Of a stretch of DNA of 61,108 nt, positions 28,372-38,099 are shown piece after piece (position 1 is the first letter of the stretch; each line of letters opens with the position of its first letter). The notes under the pieces are model-generated. The model searched no databases. It was given only the letters and a program-made list of their open reading frames with translations, and was not told the origin of the DNA. The stretch covers positions 1 through 61,108 of the IMG/VR virus record IMGVR_UViG_3300007512_000037. One strand, 5' to 3'. Made by a program: the position numbers and the translations under genes. Origin of the DNA: a virus (taxonomy: Duplodnaviria > Caudoviricetes).

Positions 28372-31300
28372 ATGAGTAATTTTGATTCAGAAGACCTGCA
28401 AACAATAGGCCAGATTCAGACTGATATAAGCACTAATACTCAAACCTTATCTACTGTTCAAGCTGATGTTCTAGCTCAGGATTATCGAAACTATGTTAAA
28501 GACACGCAGCATAATTTCGTACTGCTCGGTTGTTTTGTAACTCTAGGGACTGCTGCAAATAAGATATCTATTGGCAAAGGCTCGGATACTAAAAATAGAT
28601 TCTATATTCAGGGTAAGTTAATAGAAATAAATGATTCAGCGGATTTTGTAACTTTCTCTTACCCGGCCACAGGACCACGATACGATATTATTTATATCAA
28701 ATCAGACGGGACTTTCGGCGTACACGCAGGCTCAGAAGGGGGCATACAGCCTAATTTCGCAGCCATTACTAGTACGCAGCTACCTGTCGCACAGGTGTTA
28801 GTCCCGCAGTCTAGCGGCGCTATAATTATCACTCAAACTAGGCAAATGTACCGGGTAGGGTATTATAACAGTCAGCAATTTTTACCCGGCACTATTTTTG
28901 AAGTTCCAGTTGATATACCAGAGAATACGGTTACTTCTGGTATTTGGTATAAGGGGTTGGGGGGGTTCATAACGAAAATGGCGGGGTTTAATGAACCTAA
29001 TGTTACGGCATCTTCGTCCGGGGTTTTAGGCAGAATTGCTGTATGGACAGATGCAGATTCTTTAGCCGCCGGGATGCTAACTGATGATGGAACGACTATA
29101 CACTTTAAAGCCGGTAATAATAACAACTGGAAAGCTACTTCATCGGGGCATTTAGAGCCTAGTGCTGATAATGCACACGATATAGGGTCTGTAGGGCTTT
29201 GGGCTAGAAGCGTGTTCACTTGTGGCATTTCCGGGATGATGGATTTCGCATCAGCTCAAAACTTAATTACTTTTAATATCTCGTTTACTAACCATTACAA
29301 GATGGATACTGCTGCCTTTTTTCCGGTAGGTGCTAGAGATTTAGGCAAAACTGCTTCGGGTTTTAAAGACCTATATTTTACCAGTGAGCTAAAAAGAGGC
29401 GGGAATAATACTATATTTGACGGTTGGAGTAATAACAAAGCTCAAATAAATTGGAATAATGTAATAAACAGACCTTCTGAGCTTGCTTATTTAACCGGAG
29501 TCACAAGCTCAATACAAACTCAACTAGACGGTAAAACGTCAACATCAGGAGGGGTTTTATCCGGGAATATCGGACGCTCGGCTCATAGTTCGGGTCATCT
29601 CGAAGGCTCTTATAGCAATGTCGGTGTAAACGGAGCAAAAACTAATCCAATCTACACAATAGGAAGTGCTTATAACCCAACAGATACAGCATTATCACCA
29701 AATATGTATGGAATTGGGTTTGCTAGTTGTGCTCCAGTCAGCGCAGGAGGCGCAGGAGGTTCTTTTCTTTCGTCGTTTAACAACTTAGGAAATTGGGGGT
29801 TATATGTGGCCGCCGATGGAGATGCCAGAATTTTCCTGGATGGAACTTATGGACATGTGATGGGGCTTGGTCGGACTTTCATGTGGTCAGGAACATCAAC
29901 AAATCCAACTTATTCTTTTCGTACTGATATGAATACCGGAATGTATAATCCTGGGGATGGGAGACTTGGTTTTGTTTGTAATGCGGTCAAACGATTAGAG
30001 ATTACTGCGAGTGGTCATTTAATACCAAATGGGGCCAATGTTTGTGATATAGGAGATGTAACAAATTATTTCCGAACTATATATGCCCAAACATTTCAAG
30101 AAGGCGGCACAGCTTTATCTTCTAAATACTTAGCTTTATCTGGGGGTAATCTTATTGGTCAAGTAAGTATAGGCTTTGCCGTTGACGGGGGAGCCCAAAG
30201 CCTAATACTAAACAATTCTAAACCCAGTGTGGTTAGTTCGTTAAATGAAACAGTAGAACAAGTATTTCAGTTTGGTGGAGTAGATGCTTGTATTTTGTCT
30301 GCTACTAAAGATGAAGATTTTACTTCTACCGCCAAGGAAACATCCTCTTTTAGTATATCTACTAAACTCGACGGGGTTATGACCCCTATTATTAAAGTGG
30401 GCGGGCTTTCCGGAGTTTTGAATTTCGGTGCAAATAATACCGTATCGGGCGCATACGGAACAGCTTTCGGTACAAATATTATTGTATCTGGTGTATACGG
30501 AACAGCTTTCGGGCGTAAAATAAATATTTCTGGTGATTATTCTTTCGGGATCAGCTTAAATGAACCCGTCTCTGATTACCTTCTTACTCAAGCAAACACA
30601 ATGGCTGTTATGGGTGGGAAGATGGGGGTTGATGTTCTTTCTCCTGTTGAAAAACTAGAAGTAGGCGGTGCAATTAAAGTAGGTACTACTGCCACCGCTT
30701 CCCCCGCTAACGGTGTAATTAGATATGAAAATCAAGATTTTGAAGGCTATAAAGAAGGTGCTTGGGTTTCTTTATCTGGTGGTGCTGGTGGTGCTGGTGG
30801 TGCTGGTGGGGGTACACAATATCCATCCAAATTTACAGACTTAGAGGCTATCAATTCAAAGTGGAAAGGGCCAATGGCTGTTAAAGCCAATGCAGACTGG
30901 ATTTGTGTTGGCGGGGGTTACACGTATGGCGCAACTCCAAATAACAGGAATTGGGTAGCTGTTTTCAATAAAGCCACAGGGGTATGGGCAGATGTGTCTG
31001 GAATTAGTATAGCGGCAGTTGGGTTTTTGGCCTTAGATGGGGATATTTTATGGGCTAAAAACTATAATGGATATGAAAATAATGTTCATAGGATTGATTT
31101 AAACACTCTTGCCGTTACTGACACTATTAATGCTATAGCTACCGCATCACAAGTCGGGGGAATAGCGCAGGATGCTACTTACGTATATTTTTTATACGGG
31201 CAAAGATCGGGAGCTTATATTTCAAAAATTACCCGCATAAATAAAACTACTAAAGTGAAAGACCCCACAGAAATAGATTTGGGGTATGAGTACATAGTCG

Positions 31301-31866
31301 GCGGGTGTGTATACGGCGGGTTTCTTTATTGTACTACTTATACTGACGGGGGAAGGATACATAAATTAGACTTGTCTACCTGGGGGGCTTCACCGACTGT
31401 TACATCAATTTCAACAGCTAGTATCCACGTTAGTATTGATCGTCCCGTTTATCCGGTTGCTGGTAGTGACGGGTTTATTTATTGCATGAATTTTGATAGT
31501 GATGCCGTGCAAAAAATGTTTAAAATTCCAGTAAATAATTTCACAATAGGCGGGGCAGTAGTTATTGATTTGCCAAATAACATTGAAACTCATGAAATGG
31601 GGGTCGGGGTCGGGGCTGGTGGTAAAATTTGGGTAGGTATGAATTATTTTCTCAATGGGCCTACCCATTGGTGTCAGATAAATATGGCTACTAATGCGGT
31701 TTCTGATTTTAGTGTAATAAATGAGGTTCCTGGTGCAGAACAAAAAGGGGATTTAAGATTCGACGGAGTGGATGAAATAAATGTTTACGCTGTTCGTCGA
31801 TCGGAAAATTTTAGTAATTATAGAAGCGATTTAATAACTTTACCAATAAATGGAACTTTCACATAG
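28372..31866 (+). CDS. tail fibre / receptor-binding protein
   Basis: 1164 aa Gly/Ser/Thr-rich mosaic; PRYDIIYI N-terminal attachment motif, LTGVTSSIQTQLDGK, YadA-like repeats, propeller-like C-terminus. Confidence 0.85.
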   Translation: MSNFDSEDLQTIGQIQTDISTNTQTLSTVQADVLAQDYRNYVKDTQHNFVLLGCFVTLGTAANKISIGKGSDTKNRFYIQGKLIEINDSADFVTFSYPATGPRYDIIYIKSDGTFGVHAGSEGGIQPNFAAITSTQLPVAQVLVPQSSGAIIITQTRQMYRVGYYNSQQFLPGTIFEVPVDIPENTVTSGIWYKGLGGFITKMAGFNEPNVTASSSGVLGRIAVWTDADSLAAGMLTDDGTTIHFKAGNNNNWKATSSGHLEPSADNAHDIGSVGLWARSVFTCGISGMMDFASAQNLITFNISFTNHYKMDTAAFFPVGARDLGKTASGFKDLYFTSELKRGGNNTIFDGWSNNKAQINWNNVINRPSELAYLTGVTSSIQTQLDGKTSTSGGVLSGNIGRSAHSSGHLEGSYSNVGVNGAKTNPIYTIGSAYNPTDTALSPNMYGIGFASCAPVSAGGAGGSFLSSFNNLGNWGLYVAADGDARIFLDGTYGHVMGLGRTFMWSGTSTNPTYSFRTDMNTGMYNPGDGRLGFVCNAVKRLEITASGHLIPNGANVCDIGDVTNYFRTIYAQTFQEGGTALSSKYLALSGGNLIGQVSIGFAVDGGAQSLILNNSKPSVVSSLNETVEQVFQFGGVDACILSATKDEDFTSTAKETSSFSISTKLDGVMTPIIKVGGLSGVLNFGANNTVSGAYGTAFGTNIIVSGVYGTAFGRKINISGDYSFGISLNEPVSDYLLTQANTMAVMGGKMGVDVLSPVEKLEVGGAIKVGTTATASPANGVIRYENQDFEGYKEGAWVSLSGGAGGAGGAGGGTQYPSKFTDLEAINSKWKGPMAVKANADWICVGGGYTYGATPNNRNWVAVFNKATGVWADVSGISIAAVGFLALDGDILWAKNYNGYENNVHRIDLNTLAVTDTINAIATASQVGGIAQDATYVYFLYGQRSGAYISKITRINKTTKVKDPTEIDLGYEYIVGGCVYGGFLYCTTYTDGGRIHKLDLSTWGASPTVTSISTASIHVSIDRPVYPVAGSDGFIYCMNFDSDAVQKMFKIPVNNFTIGGAVVIDLPNNIETHEMGVGVGAGGKIWVGMNYFLNGPTHWCQINMATNAVSDFSVINEVPGAEQKGDLRFDGVDEINVYAVRRSENFSNYRSDLITLPINGTFT
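30778..30810 (+). repeat. 9-nt tandem repeat (GGTGGTGCT)x3 encoding a Gly/Ala hinge
   Basis: Directly visible; encodes GGAGGAGGAGG. Confidence 0.85.
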
Positions 31867-31876
31867 GAGTATATAA

Positions 31877-32209
31877 ATGGACCCAGTTGATGCCCTAAGA
31901 ATTGAAAAATCAAAGGAACAAAAAGAGCTTGATTTACCTATTCTTGTTAAAAAGAAAAAGGCTCAATTATCTAAAATCTTGCATGATGCCCTAGTCTCGT
32001 CCGACTGGGTTGATACTTCTAAATTTTTAAAAAAATCTAGTGAAGATAAACACAAAGTGATTAGGAAAAACAGGAAAGCTCAGTATGACATAATTCGTAA
32101 TCTAAAAGATGAATTATGCAAATGTGATTATGATTCTGCGTTGGATTTTTATATAGAGCAAAAGCTTATATCCACAGGATTTTATGAATTGACTTATGAT
32201 TTTAGTTAG
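31877..32209 (+). CDS. hypothetical protein, possible fibre assembly chaperone
   Basis: Follows fibre; ALVSSDW motif resembles fibre-associated proteins. Confidence 0.55.
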   Translation: MDPVDALRIEKSKEQKELDLPILVKKKKAQLSKILHDALVSSDWVDTSKFLKKSSEDKHKVIRKNRKAQYDIIRNLKDELCKCDYDSALDFYIEQKLISTGFYELTYDFS

Positions 32210-32218
32210 GAGATTAAA

Positions 32219-32602
32219 ATGAACATTATTGAACCTGCCAGCGAACTTACACAAAATGCTTTGAATGTAGATGGATGGAAACTTAAAGAAAGGGCCATTC
32301 CTAAGGGGCCAAGAAAACTCAGGAATTTGATTTCTATGCCTAACGATTTCCCAGATAATTGTGAGCCTACCTATGACTTCCATAAAGATGAATTCTCATT
32401 CGGGGAAGTGAAAGATGGGACAAAGCTTAATAGGCATCATAGAGATTATTTACACGGCCAACTTCACCGGTTAATGCACCTTGCAGATTACTTTAAAAAT
32501 AAAGATCAATTTGGTATTCAAAAGATTACTACTTCGTCCACGGATTTAGAAACTGATAAAAATGAAGTTACTGAAAACTTCCAGATTTACCAAAAATCTT
32601 AA
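32219..32602 (+). CDS. hypothetical protein
   Basis: 127-aa ORF with AGGAG SD. Confidence 0.7.
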   Translation: MNIIEPASELTQNALNVDGWKLKERAIPKGPRKLRNLISMPNDFPDNCEPTYDFHKDEFSFGEVKDGTKLNRHHRDYLHGQLHRLMHLADYFKNKDQFGIQKITTSSTDLETDKNEVTENFQIYQKS

Positions 32603-32651
32603 ATACTAATTTTCTACTATTGGCTACTAATTTTAGTAGAAGGACGTTACC

Positions 32652-33689
32652 ATGCCTCTACCGTTAGAAGAGGGGAAAGGACTTTTCGTGAATAGGGATA
32701 ACGCTATGCGGCACATTTTAGTAGTAGAGGATAGTGAAGGCTTCGCTAACCTAATCAAAAAACGATTCCAGGTAGATGCAAACACCAGAGTAACGATATT
32801 AGACTCCGGGGAAAAAGTAATTGATTTTCTAAGTAGGTACAACGGTGTCCACGTCTTAGTTGTGGATATGAACCTACCCGGAATGAATGGTATAGATTTA
32901 TACCTAGCTCTAAAAGACCTCTACAATCGAACCGACTCAAAAATCACTAAAAAATATCACAAAATGATGGTATTGGTGAGTGAAGATTATGAGGCAATGT
33001 CAGCCGCCGAAGCTCATAAAATCGGCAGAGTTAAAAAACCTTGCTTTGATGATCCCGAACAAGAAGCTAAAGAATGGTTTACATTTATGCAAATCATTGA
33101 GCAGAAAATAGCTCAAACTGAATCATTTCGGACAATCAAAGATATAGAAAAAAATGTTGGTTCATTGAGAATATTGTTCGATGATCTAAGCAAGGATACG
33201 ACCAGTAAATTACAAGAAGCAAGAAACGAAACTAAAAAAGATATTCAAGCTCTTAGAGCTTCTACCGATGAACAATTCGCAGGAATCAATTCTAAGCTGG
33301 ATATCATGACCGAAAATCAAAAAGCGTTTCAGGAATCTAGTTCTTGTGTTACTGCTATTTCTAGTGATGTAGAAATAGAACCGGGTCAGCATGAAAATGT
33401 TATTAAAATGTTACACGGAATAACTAAGCTCATTGAAAATAATCCAGAAAAATCGCTTAAAGTACATAACGTGGAAATGCAAACTTCTGAATCCTATAAA
33501 GAAGTAATCCGCAATACTCCATTAACAGTAAATAACCTTGGGACTATTGTAGGTTCGCTGTTTTTAAAAAGTATTTTTTCCTGGGGCGGGAGAATTGCTT
33601 GGTTATGTTTCTTGTTTCTTTTGTATAAGTTTCAGCCTAAGGCTTTGCCTTTTTTTAAAGCTACTTATACTATTTTAATGGCCCCGTAA
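32652..33689 (+). CDS. response-regulator receiver (REC) domain + coiled coil + C-terminal membrane segment
   Basis: ILVVEDS, LVVDMNLPGMNGIDL (phospho-acceptor Asp), VLVS, KKP; heptad region; IAWLCFLFLLY hydrophobic helix near C-terminus. Confidence 0.88.
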   Translation: MPLPLEEGKGLFVNRDNAMRHILVVEDSEGFANLIKKRFQVDANTRVTILDSGEKVIDFLSRYNGVHVLVVDMNLPGMNGIDLYLALKDLYNRTDSKITKKYHKMMVLVSEDYEAMSAAEAHKIGRVKKPCFDDPEQEAKEWFTFMQIIEQKIAQTESFRTIKDIEKNVGSLRILFDDLSKDTTSKLQEARNETKKDIQALRASTDEQFAGINSKLDIMTENQKAFQESSSCVTAISSDVEIEPGQHENVIKMLHGITKLIENNPEKSLKVHNVEMQTSESYKEVIRNTPLTVNNLGTIVGSLFLKSIFSWGGRIAWLCFLFLLYKFQPKALPFFKATYTILMAP

Positions 33690-33753
33690 AAATTTTAATA
33701 TCTATGGTAACATGGGTATAGTAATCACTTGATACGACTATAAGGAGGCTAAA

Positions 33754-34089
33754 GTGCCTAAACTAAACCTAACCCAAGAGATCAAAGCTTTGGACTATGA
33801 GACTACCCTTAAGGACAGTAATTCAGAAGATGATGTAACTATTAAATCTGTCCTTACTATGTCTCTCAGAAATGAGGGGCAGCAATTAACCAACCATCAA
33901 ACCGGTAAGATTGATACCGATGCTAGATATAATCAAGCAAAGCTCTTAGAGAAAATCATGAAATTAAATGGGGATGTGGAAATTGATCTAACACACGAAC
34001 AGTTAAAACTGTGTGAAAACGCCATACTAAATAATCCCATGATCGAAGGTTTTGTTGCTGCTCAAGCAGTAGATATGATTAGGGGGTAG
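33754..34089 (+). CDS. hypothetical phage protein
   Basis: TAAGGAGG SD before GTG; 111 aa. Confidence 0.75.
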   Translation: MPKLNLTQEIKALDYETTLKDSNSEDDVTIKSVLTMSLRNEGQQLTNHQTGKIDTDARYNQAKLLEKIMKLNGDVEIDLTHEQLKLCENAILNNPMIEGFVAAQAVDMIRG

Positions 34090-34091
34090 GT

Positions 34092-34682
34092 GTGCATTTT
34101 GATAAATGTATGCAAATAGTATGGGGCAATGAGGGGGTTTACTTTAACGAAGACGGAACCCTAAAAAAGGATGGAACCTATACCGCAGACGGAACGAGTA
34201 CAAAATTTGGCATAGCGTATAAGTTTAATAAGGCCGAACTTTTAGAGTTTGGTATTAATAGCCCAGAACAGATGAACCAGCTTGGGGTTACCGCTGCTGC
34301 CGAAATTTACAAACGTAAATATTGGCACAAGTGCGGAGCAGAGACAATAAAAGATTATGCTCTTGCATACCTGATTTTTGATTGTGCTGTAAACCAGGGC
34401 ATAGGAGCCTCTATAAGGATAGTGCAGGAGGCAATAAATACATTATCGGATAAGAAACCCATCAAAATAGACGGGGGCTTAGGGCCAGTTACCAAGGCTA
34501 AAATTTTAGAAGTTTCTGCTAATTATTCTCATAGTTTTGCTAAGTTAGTTAGGATTCTCAGAGAACGAGAATACTACCAATCTTTATTTAACAGGTGCTT
34601 AAAAGCCCCGGACGAGGCAGAAGCTCTATTTCAAAGATTTGAAACCTCCTGGATGCGTAGACTAACAAAGGTAGAGCTGTGA
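34092..34682 (+). CDS. endolysin, glycoside hydrolase family 108
   Basis: NEGVY, TKFGI, AAEIYKRKYW, FDCAVNQG, IDGGLGPVT and WMRR motifs. Confidence 0.92.
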   Translation: MHFDKCMQIVWGNEGVYFNEDGTLKKDGTYTADGTSTKFGIAYKFNKAELLEFGINSPEQMNQLGVTAAAEIYKRKYWHKCGAETIKDYALAYLIFDCAVNQGIGASIRIVQEAINTLSDKKPIKIDGGLGPVTKAKILEVSANYSHSFAKLVRILREREYYQSLFNRCLKAPDEAEALFQRFETSWMRRLTKVEL

Positions 34683-35350
34683 ATATATTCAAAAAAGCTT
34701 TAAAAGTTCTACGCAAAGGAGCCGACTCTGGGTTAATGGATTTCATACCTGGGGGTAAGGTTTTATCTGGTATTAGCAGTATCTTAGGCAAAGGAAAAAT
34801 AACCGATGCCAGGGGTAATGTGATAGAAGGGGGGAAGTTTACCCTTACCCCTGAGCAAGGCAAGGAGCTTCAAGTAAAGAGTATGCAAATAAGCTTGCAG
34901 GAACTTGAAGAGAACCATGAGCATATAGAAAAAAAGATGAGGCTAGAAATTGATCACTTTGAGGCGGAAACCCAAAGAACAGTAGCTTTTGAGGGTAGTT
35001 TCAAAGATATACCAGAAGAAGCAAAGCTTAAGCGATCTATGATTAGGCCCGATATTGTTAGGGATGTTTGGAATTTAGGTAAATGGATGTTCGGCGTAGA
35101 GGGTATTATACAGGTAGGAGTTCTAAGCTTTTCCATGTATAAGGCAGCTTCAATAGGGGGTAGTAGTGAAATAACCCAGGAAGCTGTTAATGCCTCTTTA
35201 CAGGCATTAGAATCGTTTAAGTATAGGCTGTACCTACCTTGGGACTTCTATAGTTGGGTATTTTCAGGTACAGTTATGGTCTTTTTTGGAAGCAGAACCT
35301 TAGATAAAGGTGTTGCTACATATAAAAAGGGCGATAGTGCGGGGGTTTAA
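34679..35350 (+). CDS. holin (GTA 3TM-like)
   Basis: Overlaps endolysin; IRP followed by hydrophobic segments and C-terminal FFGSRTLDK motif. Confidence 0.72.
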   Translation: MNIFKKALKVLRKGADSGLMDFIPGGKVLSGISSILGKGKITDARGNVIEGGKFTLTPEQGKELQVKSMQISLQELEENHEHIEKKMRLEIDHFEAETQRTVAFEGSFKDIPEEAKLKRSMIRPDIVRDVWNLGKWMFGVEGIIQVGVLSFSMYKAASIGGSSEITQEAVNASLQALESFKYRLYLPWDFYSWVFSGTVMVFFGSRTLDKGVATYKKGDSAGV

Positions 35351-35973
35351 TGCCTAATAGAACAGAGATTTTTTTAGATAAAGCGGAATCGGAAATTTTA
35401 TCTTTCGATTTCTCTGCCCTGCTCAGCGCAGGTGAGGCATATATAGCTTCGACTTACGCAGCTTTGCTTAATCAGGCTCTTACCTATACGGCAATTAAGC
35501 CAGGAACAGCAGGGAACGCAGTTACTATTACCCTAGTTGACCCAGGTACATTACAAGCAACTACTACTTTTTCTGACTCAGGGAATGCTATAACTATAAC
35601 CCTTAGGCACGACGGGGCCGCAATCACGGCTACGGCAACCAACTTAGTTTCTGACTTTGCTTCTGCCCCTTCTTCTGTAAAGGCTTTGTTAAATATTACT
35701 GGGTCCGGGGCCTCGGTGCTTATGGCTGTGAGCAGTACGGCTTTATCTGGTGGAGTAGACAATTTAACGATTACTTGTTATGAGGTTTCTGGGACTACAG
35801 TAATAGATAAGACAGGGACTACGCTTCCGACTTTGCCGGTAAATATAATTAGTAATAAAGTAGAAACTAGGTTTGCCGGGGGGGACTCAACTAGGACTTA
35901 TAGTGTTGAAGTACTAGTAAATACAGATAAGGGGCGGGTACTAAAAGCAGTACAGTACGTTAGTATTTACTAA
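35350..35973 (+). CDS. fibre-tail adaptor-like structural protein with inserted beta domain
   Basis: N-terminal ILSFDFSALLSAGE and C-terminal FAGG...YSVEVLVNTDKGRVL flank a Thr/Ala/Gly-rich insert. Confidence 0.6.
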   Translation: MPNRTEIFLDKAESEILSFDFSALLSAGEAYIASTYAALLNQALTYTAIKPGTAGNAVTITLVDPGTLQATTTFSDSGNAITITLRHDGAAITATATNLVSDFASAPSSVKALLNITGSGASVLMAVSSTALSGGVDNLTITCYEVSGTTVIDKTGTTLPTLPVNIISNKVETRFAGGDSTRTYSVEVLVNTDKGRVLKAVQYVSIY

Positions 35974-36335
35974 TGGGAGTAAAGAATTCTACATATTTTA
36001 AAATCCCGCAAAAAGCAGATGCTATTTTGGAAGATGGATCAATTTATTTTGATCCCGCCGATAAATTAAAAGTAACTGATTACAATTCAGTTGAAAAAAC
36101 AGTAGCTTTTACTGGGGAAAATTCGGTAACATTTATTACTGGACCTGCAACTACGCATATAATTAATCACGGACTCGGTAAAGAAGACTTGGTTTATCAG
36201 GTAAGACTAGATAACGGGGGGAGTCCCGGACAATTACTAGAAGTCGAATCTGAGCCTACAGTAGGGAGTGAAACTACAGCAATCACCCATAGAACGGTGC
36301 AATCTTTAAAGCTTCACACTACTATTTTAAATTAA
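35973..36335 (+). CDS. putative virion structural protein
   Basis: HIINHGLG motif similar to TITHNLN in the next gene. Confidence 0.55.
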   Translation: MGVKNSTYFKIPQKADAILEDGSIYFDPADKLKVTDYNSVEKTVAFTGENSVTFITGPATTHIINHGLGKEDLVYQVRLDNGGSPGQLLEVESEPTVGSETTAITHRTVQSLKLHTTILN

Positions 36336-36356
36336 TTATGACTTTGGAGGTCTAAA

Positions 36357-37562
36357 ATGGCTAAGCGTTTTGGTTCAAATATTCTTTTTCCACTCAATTC
36401 GAGTGATCCCGGCACACCTACGGAGGCGGAAGTCTGGTATAACAGCACTTTGGATAAGTTCAAGTACCAGGACGGTGCTGGAACTAAGGTTATCATGAGT
36501 GAGGAGCTTCTTGCTTCAACCACAGGAGGCGAAGGTTCCGGGCTTGTTGGGTTTTCCGATCCTACCAGTAACTTTACTGCTACTACTGTCCAAGCTGCCC
36601 TTGCTGAGATTAGAGATGATCTTCTTAGCGCAGCTAATGGTAATGGTGCTAGTACCGTTGGAGTAGAGGATTCAGTAGGAAACTTTACTGGGACGGATGT
36701 AGAAGCTGTATTGGCAGAAATTGATCTACGTATTGATGGTATCACTACTGATCGAGACTTCGTTAATTCCGTTAACTTAGACGTTAACTATCTAATGAAT
36801 GCTACGGGAACTCCCGCAGCAGGTTCAGGTAAAACAGAAGGTGAAATTCTGATCAATGCCGTTGATGAAAAGTATTGGAAAGTAGTTTCCGGTGCTTGGG
36901 CAGATCAAGGAGCCTTAGGTACTAAGCGTTTCGTTTTCAAAACAAGCGGTACCGGTACTGGAATGGCTAATGTTACTGCCACCAGCAATAACAAAATTTA
37001 TGACGGAGAATTTTTCTCTACTGCCTTTACCCCTACGATTGGAACTACTTTCGATCATGAAGCAGATCAAAGACAGTGGACGTTTAATAATTCAAGTGTC
37101 TGGGTTAAAACCGGGGCCAGAATTAATCACAATGATCATCCAGATTTGCAGGGCGGGGGAGCAGGAGACTACAACCACCTTACAACCGCAGAGCTAAATC
37201 TACTTCAAGAGATTGATAGTACGGCAGCTACAGAGGGGGCTACTAGAATTGCTCTGGATGCGGCTAGTACGGTTGGTGGTGTTTATTCTAATGTTCAAGC
37301 AGCTCTTACAGCCTTGTATGACGCAGGAGTAAATGCAACCGATACTTATACCGAAGGGGCAACTACCTTAGTAGCCACGGTTGCAGAAACTATTACCCAT
37401 AATCTTAATAGCCGGTATGTTCACGTAACGGCTTATACAGACAACGCTGGTAATCCACAGAATGAGGAAGCGCTTGAAATTGCTGTTACAGGTTTAAACA
37501 CCATTACAGCTACTTCTGTTCCTGGCGGAGCTTATCACTTTGTTGTATCTGCAAAAGAGTAA
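36357..37562 (+). CDS. putative fibre protein
   Basis: Three imperfect repeats of type GASTVG..D..GNFT.T.V.A.LAEI; strong SD; followed by terminator. Confidence 0.7.
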   Translation: MAKRFGSNILFPLNSSDPGTPTEAEVWYNSTLDKFKYQDGAGTKVIMSEELLASTTGGEGSGLVGFSDPTSNFTATTVQAALAEIRDDLLSAANGNGASTVGVEDSVGNFTGTDVEAVLAEIDLRIDGITTDRDFVNSVNLDVNYLMNATGTPAAGSGKTEGEILINAVDEKYWKVVSGAWADQGALGTKRFVFKTSGTGTGMANVTATSNNKIYDGEFFSTAFTPTIGTTFDHEADQRQWTFNNSSVWVKTGARINHNDHPDLQGGGAGDYNHLTTAELNLLQEIDSTAATEGATRIALDAASTVGGVYSNVQAALTALYDAGVNATDTYTEGATTLVATVAETITHNLNSRYVHVTAYTDNAGNPQNEEALEIAVTGLNTITATSVPGGAYHFVVSAKE

Positions 37563-37578
37563 TAGTTTCTGTTAAGAT

Positions 37579-37620
37579 ATAGTGAGCTGAGGGTTACACC
37601 TGTCCTCACTCACTATTTTT
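37579..37620 (+). terminator. intrinsic terminator
   Basis: ATAGTGAG-c-TGAGG...CCTCA-CTCACTAT stem with T tract. Confidence 0.75.
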
Positions 37621-37637
37621 GTATAAAAGGAAAGGCT

Positions 37638-38099
37638 ATGTCTAAAATTACTAAAATCAGCAAAAAGAAGGAAGATTTACCAGCATTCGATCCTGAACAG
37701 GTAAAACGAATGACAATAAACGAAGAAGACTCTGAGCGACTTGAGAAATTATATGATAAGCAAACAGAGTATGAGCAGGCTTTTATTAGGGCGCAGCTTC
37801 AAATAGAGGAAGCAGAGCGTCAAGTGGCAAAATGGCAGGGGGTACTTGCAACTTCTAAAAAAGAAAAAACTAAGTATATGATTGGCATTGAAGACAGCTC
37901 CAAACAAGCAGAAACGGCTCTGAAAGCTACAATTCTTAAATACTTACCAGAGGTTGCCAAAAAAGATATCCCTGAGGATAAATTAGATGAAAAACTAGAG
38001 GGAGCGATTCGTCTTGGGCCTAACGTGGAACTAGCAAAAAGGCAAGTCACCATCAACCCCAAGATTGAACTAAGATGGGATGATTCAGTATCTAGTTAA
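37638..38099 (+). CDS. hypothetical coiled-coil protein
   Basis: 153 aa, AAGGA SD. Confidence 0.7.
   Translation: MSKITKISKKKEDLPAFDPEQVKRMTINEEDSERLEKLYDKQTEYEQAFIRAQLQIEEAERQVAKWQGVLATSKKEKTKYMIGIEDSSKQAETALKATILKYLPEVAKKDIPEDKLDEKLEGAIRLGPNVELAKRQVTINPKIELRWDDSVSS

Noticed and set aside
28372-31866. Diversity-generating retroelement targeting the fibre
   Set aside because: No reverse transcriptase and no template/variable repeat pair with adenine-specific mismatches seen.
32600-35400. Spanin genes
   Set aside because: No lipobox-containing ORF or nested Rz/Rz1 pair could be identified.
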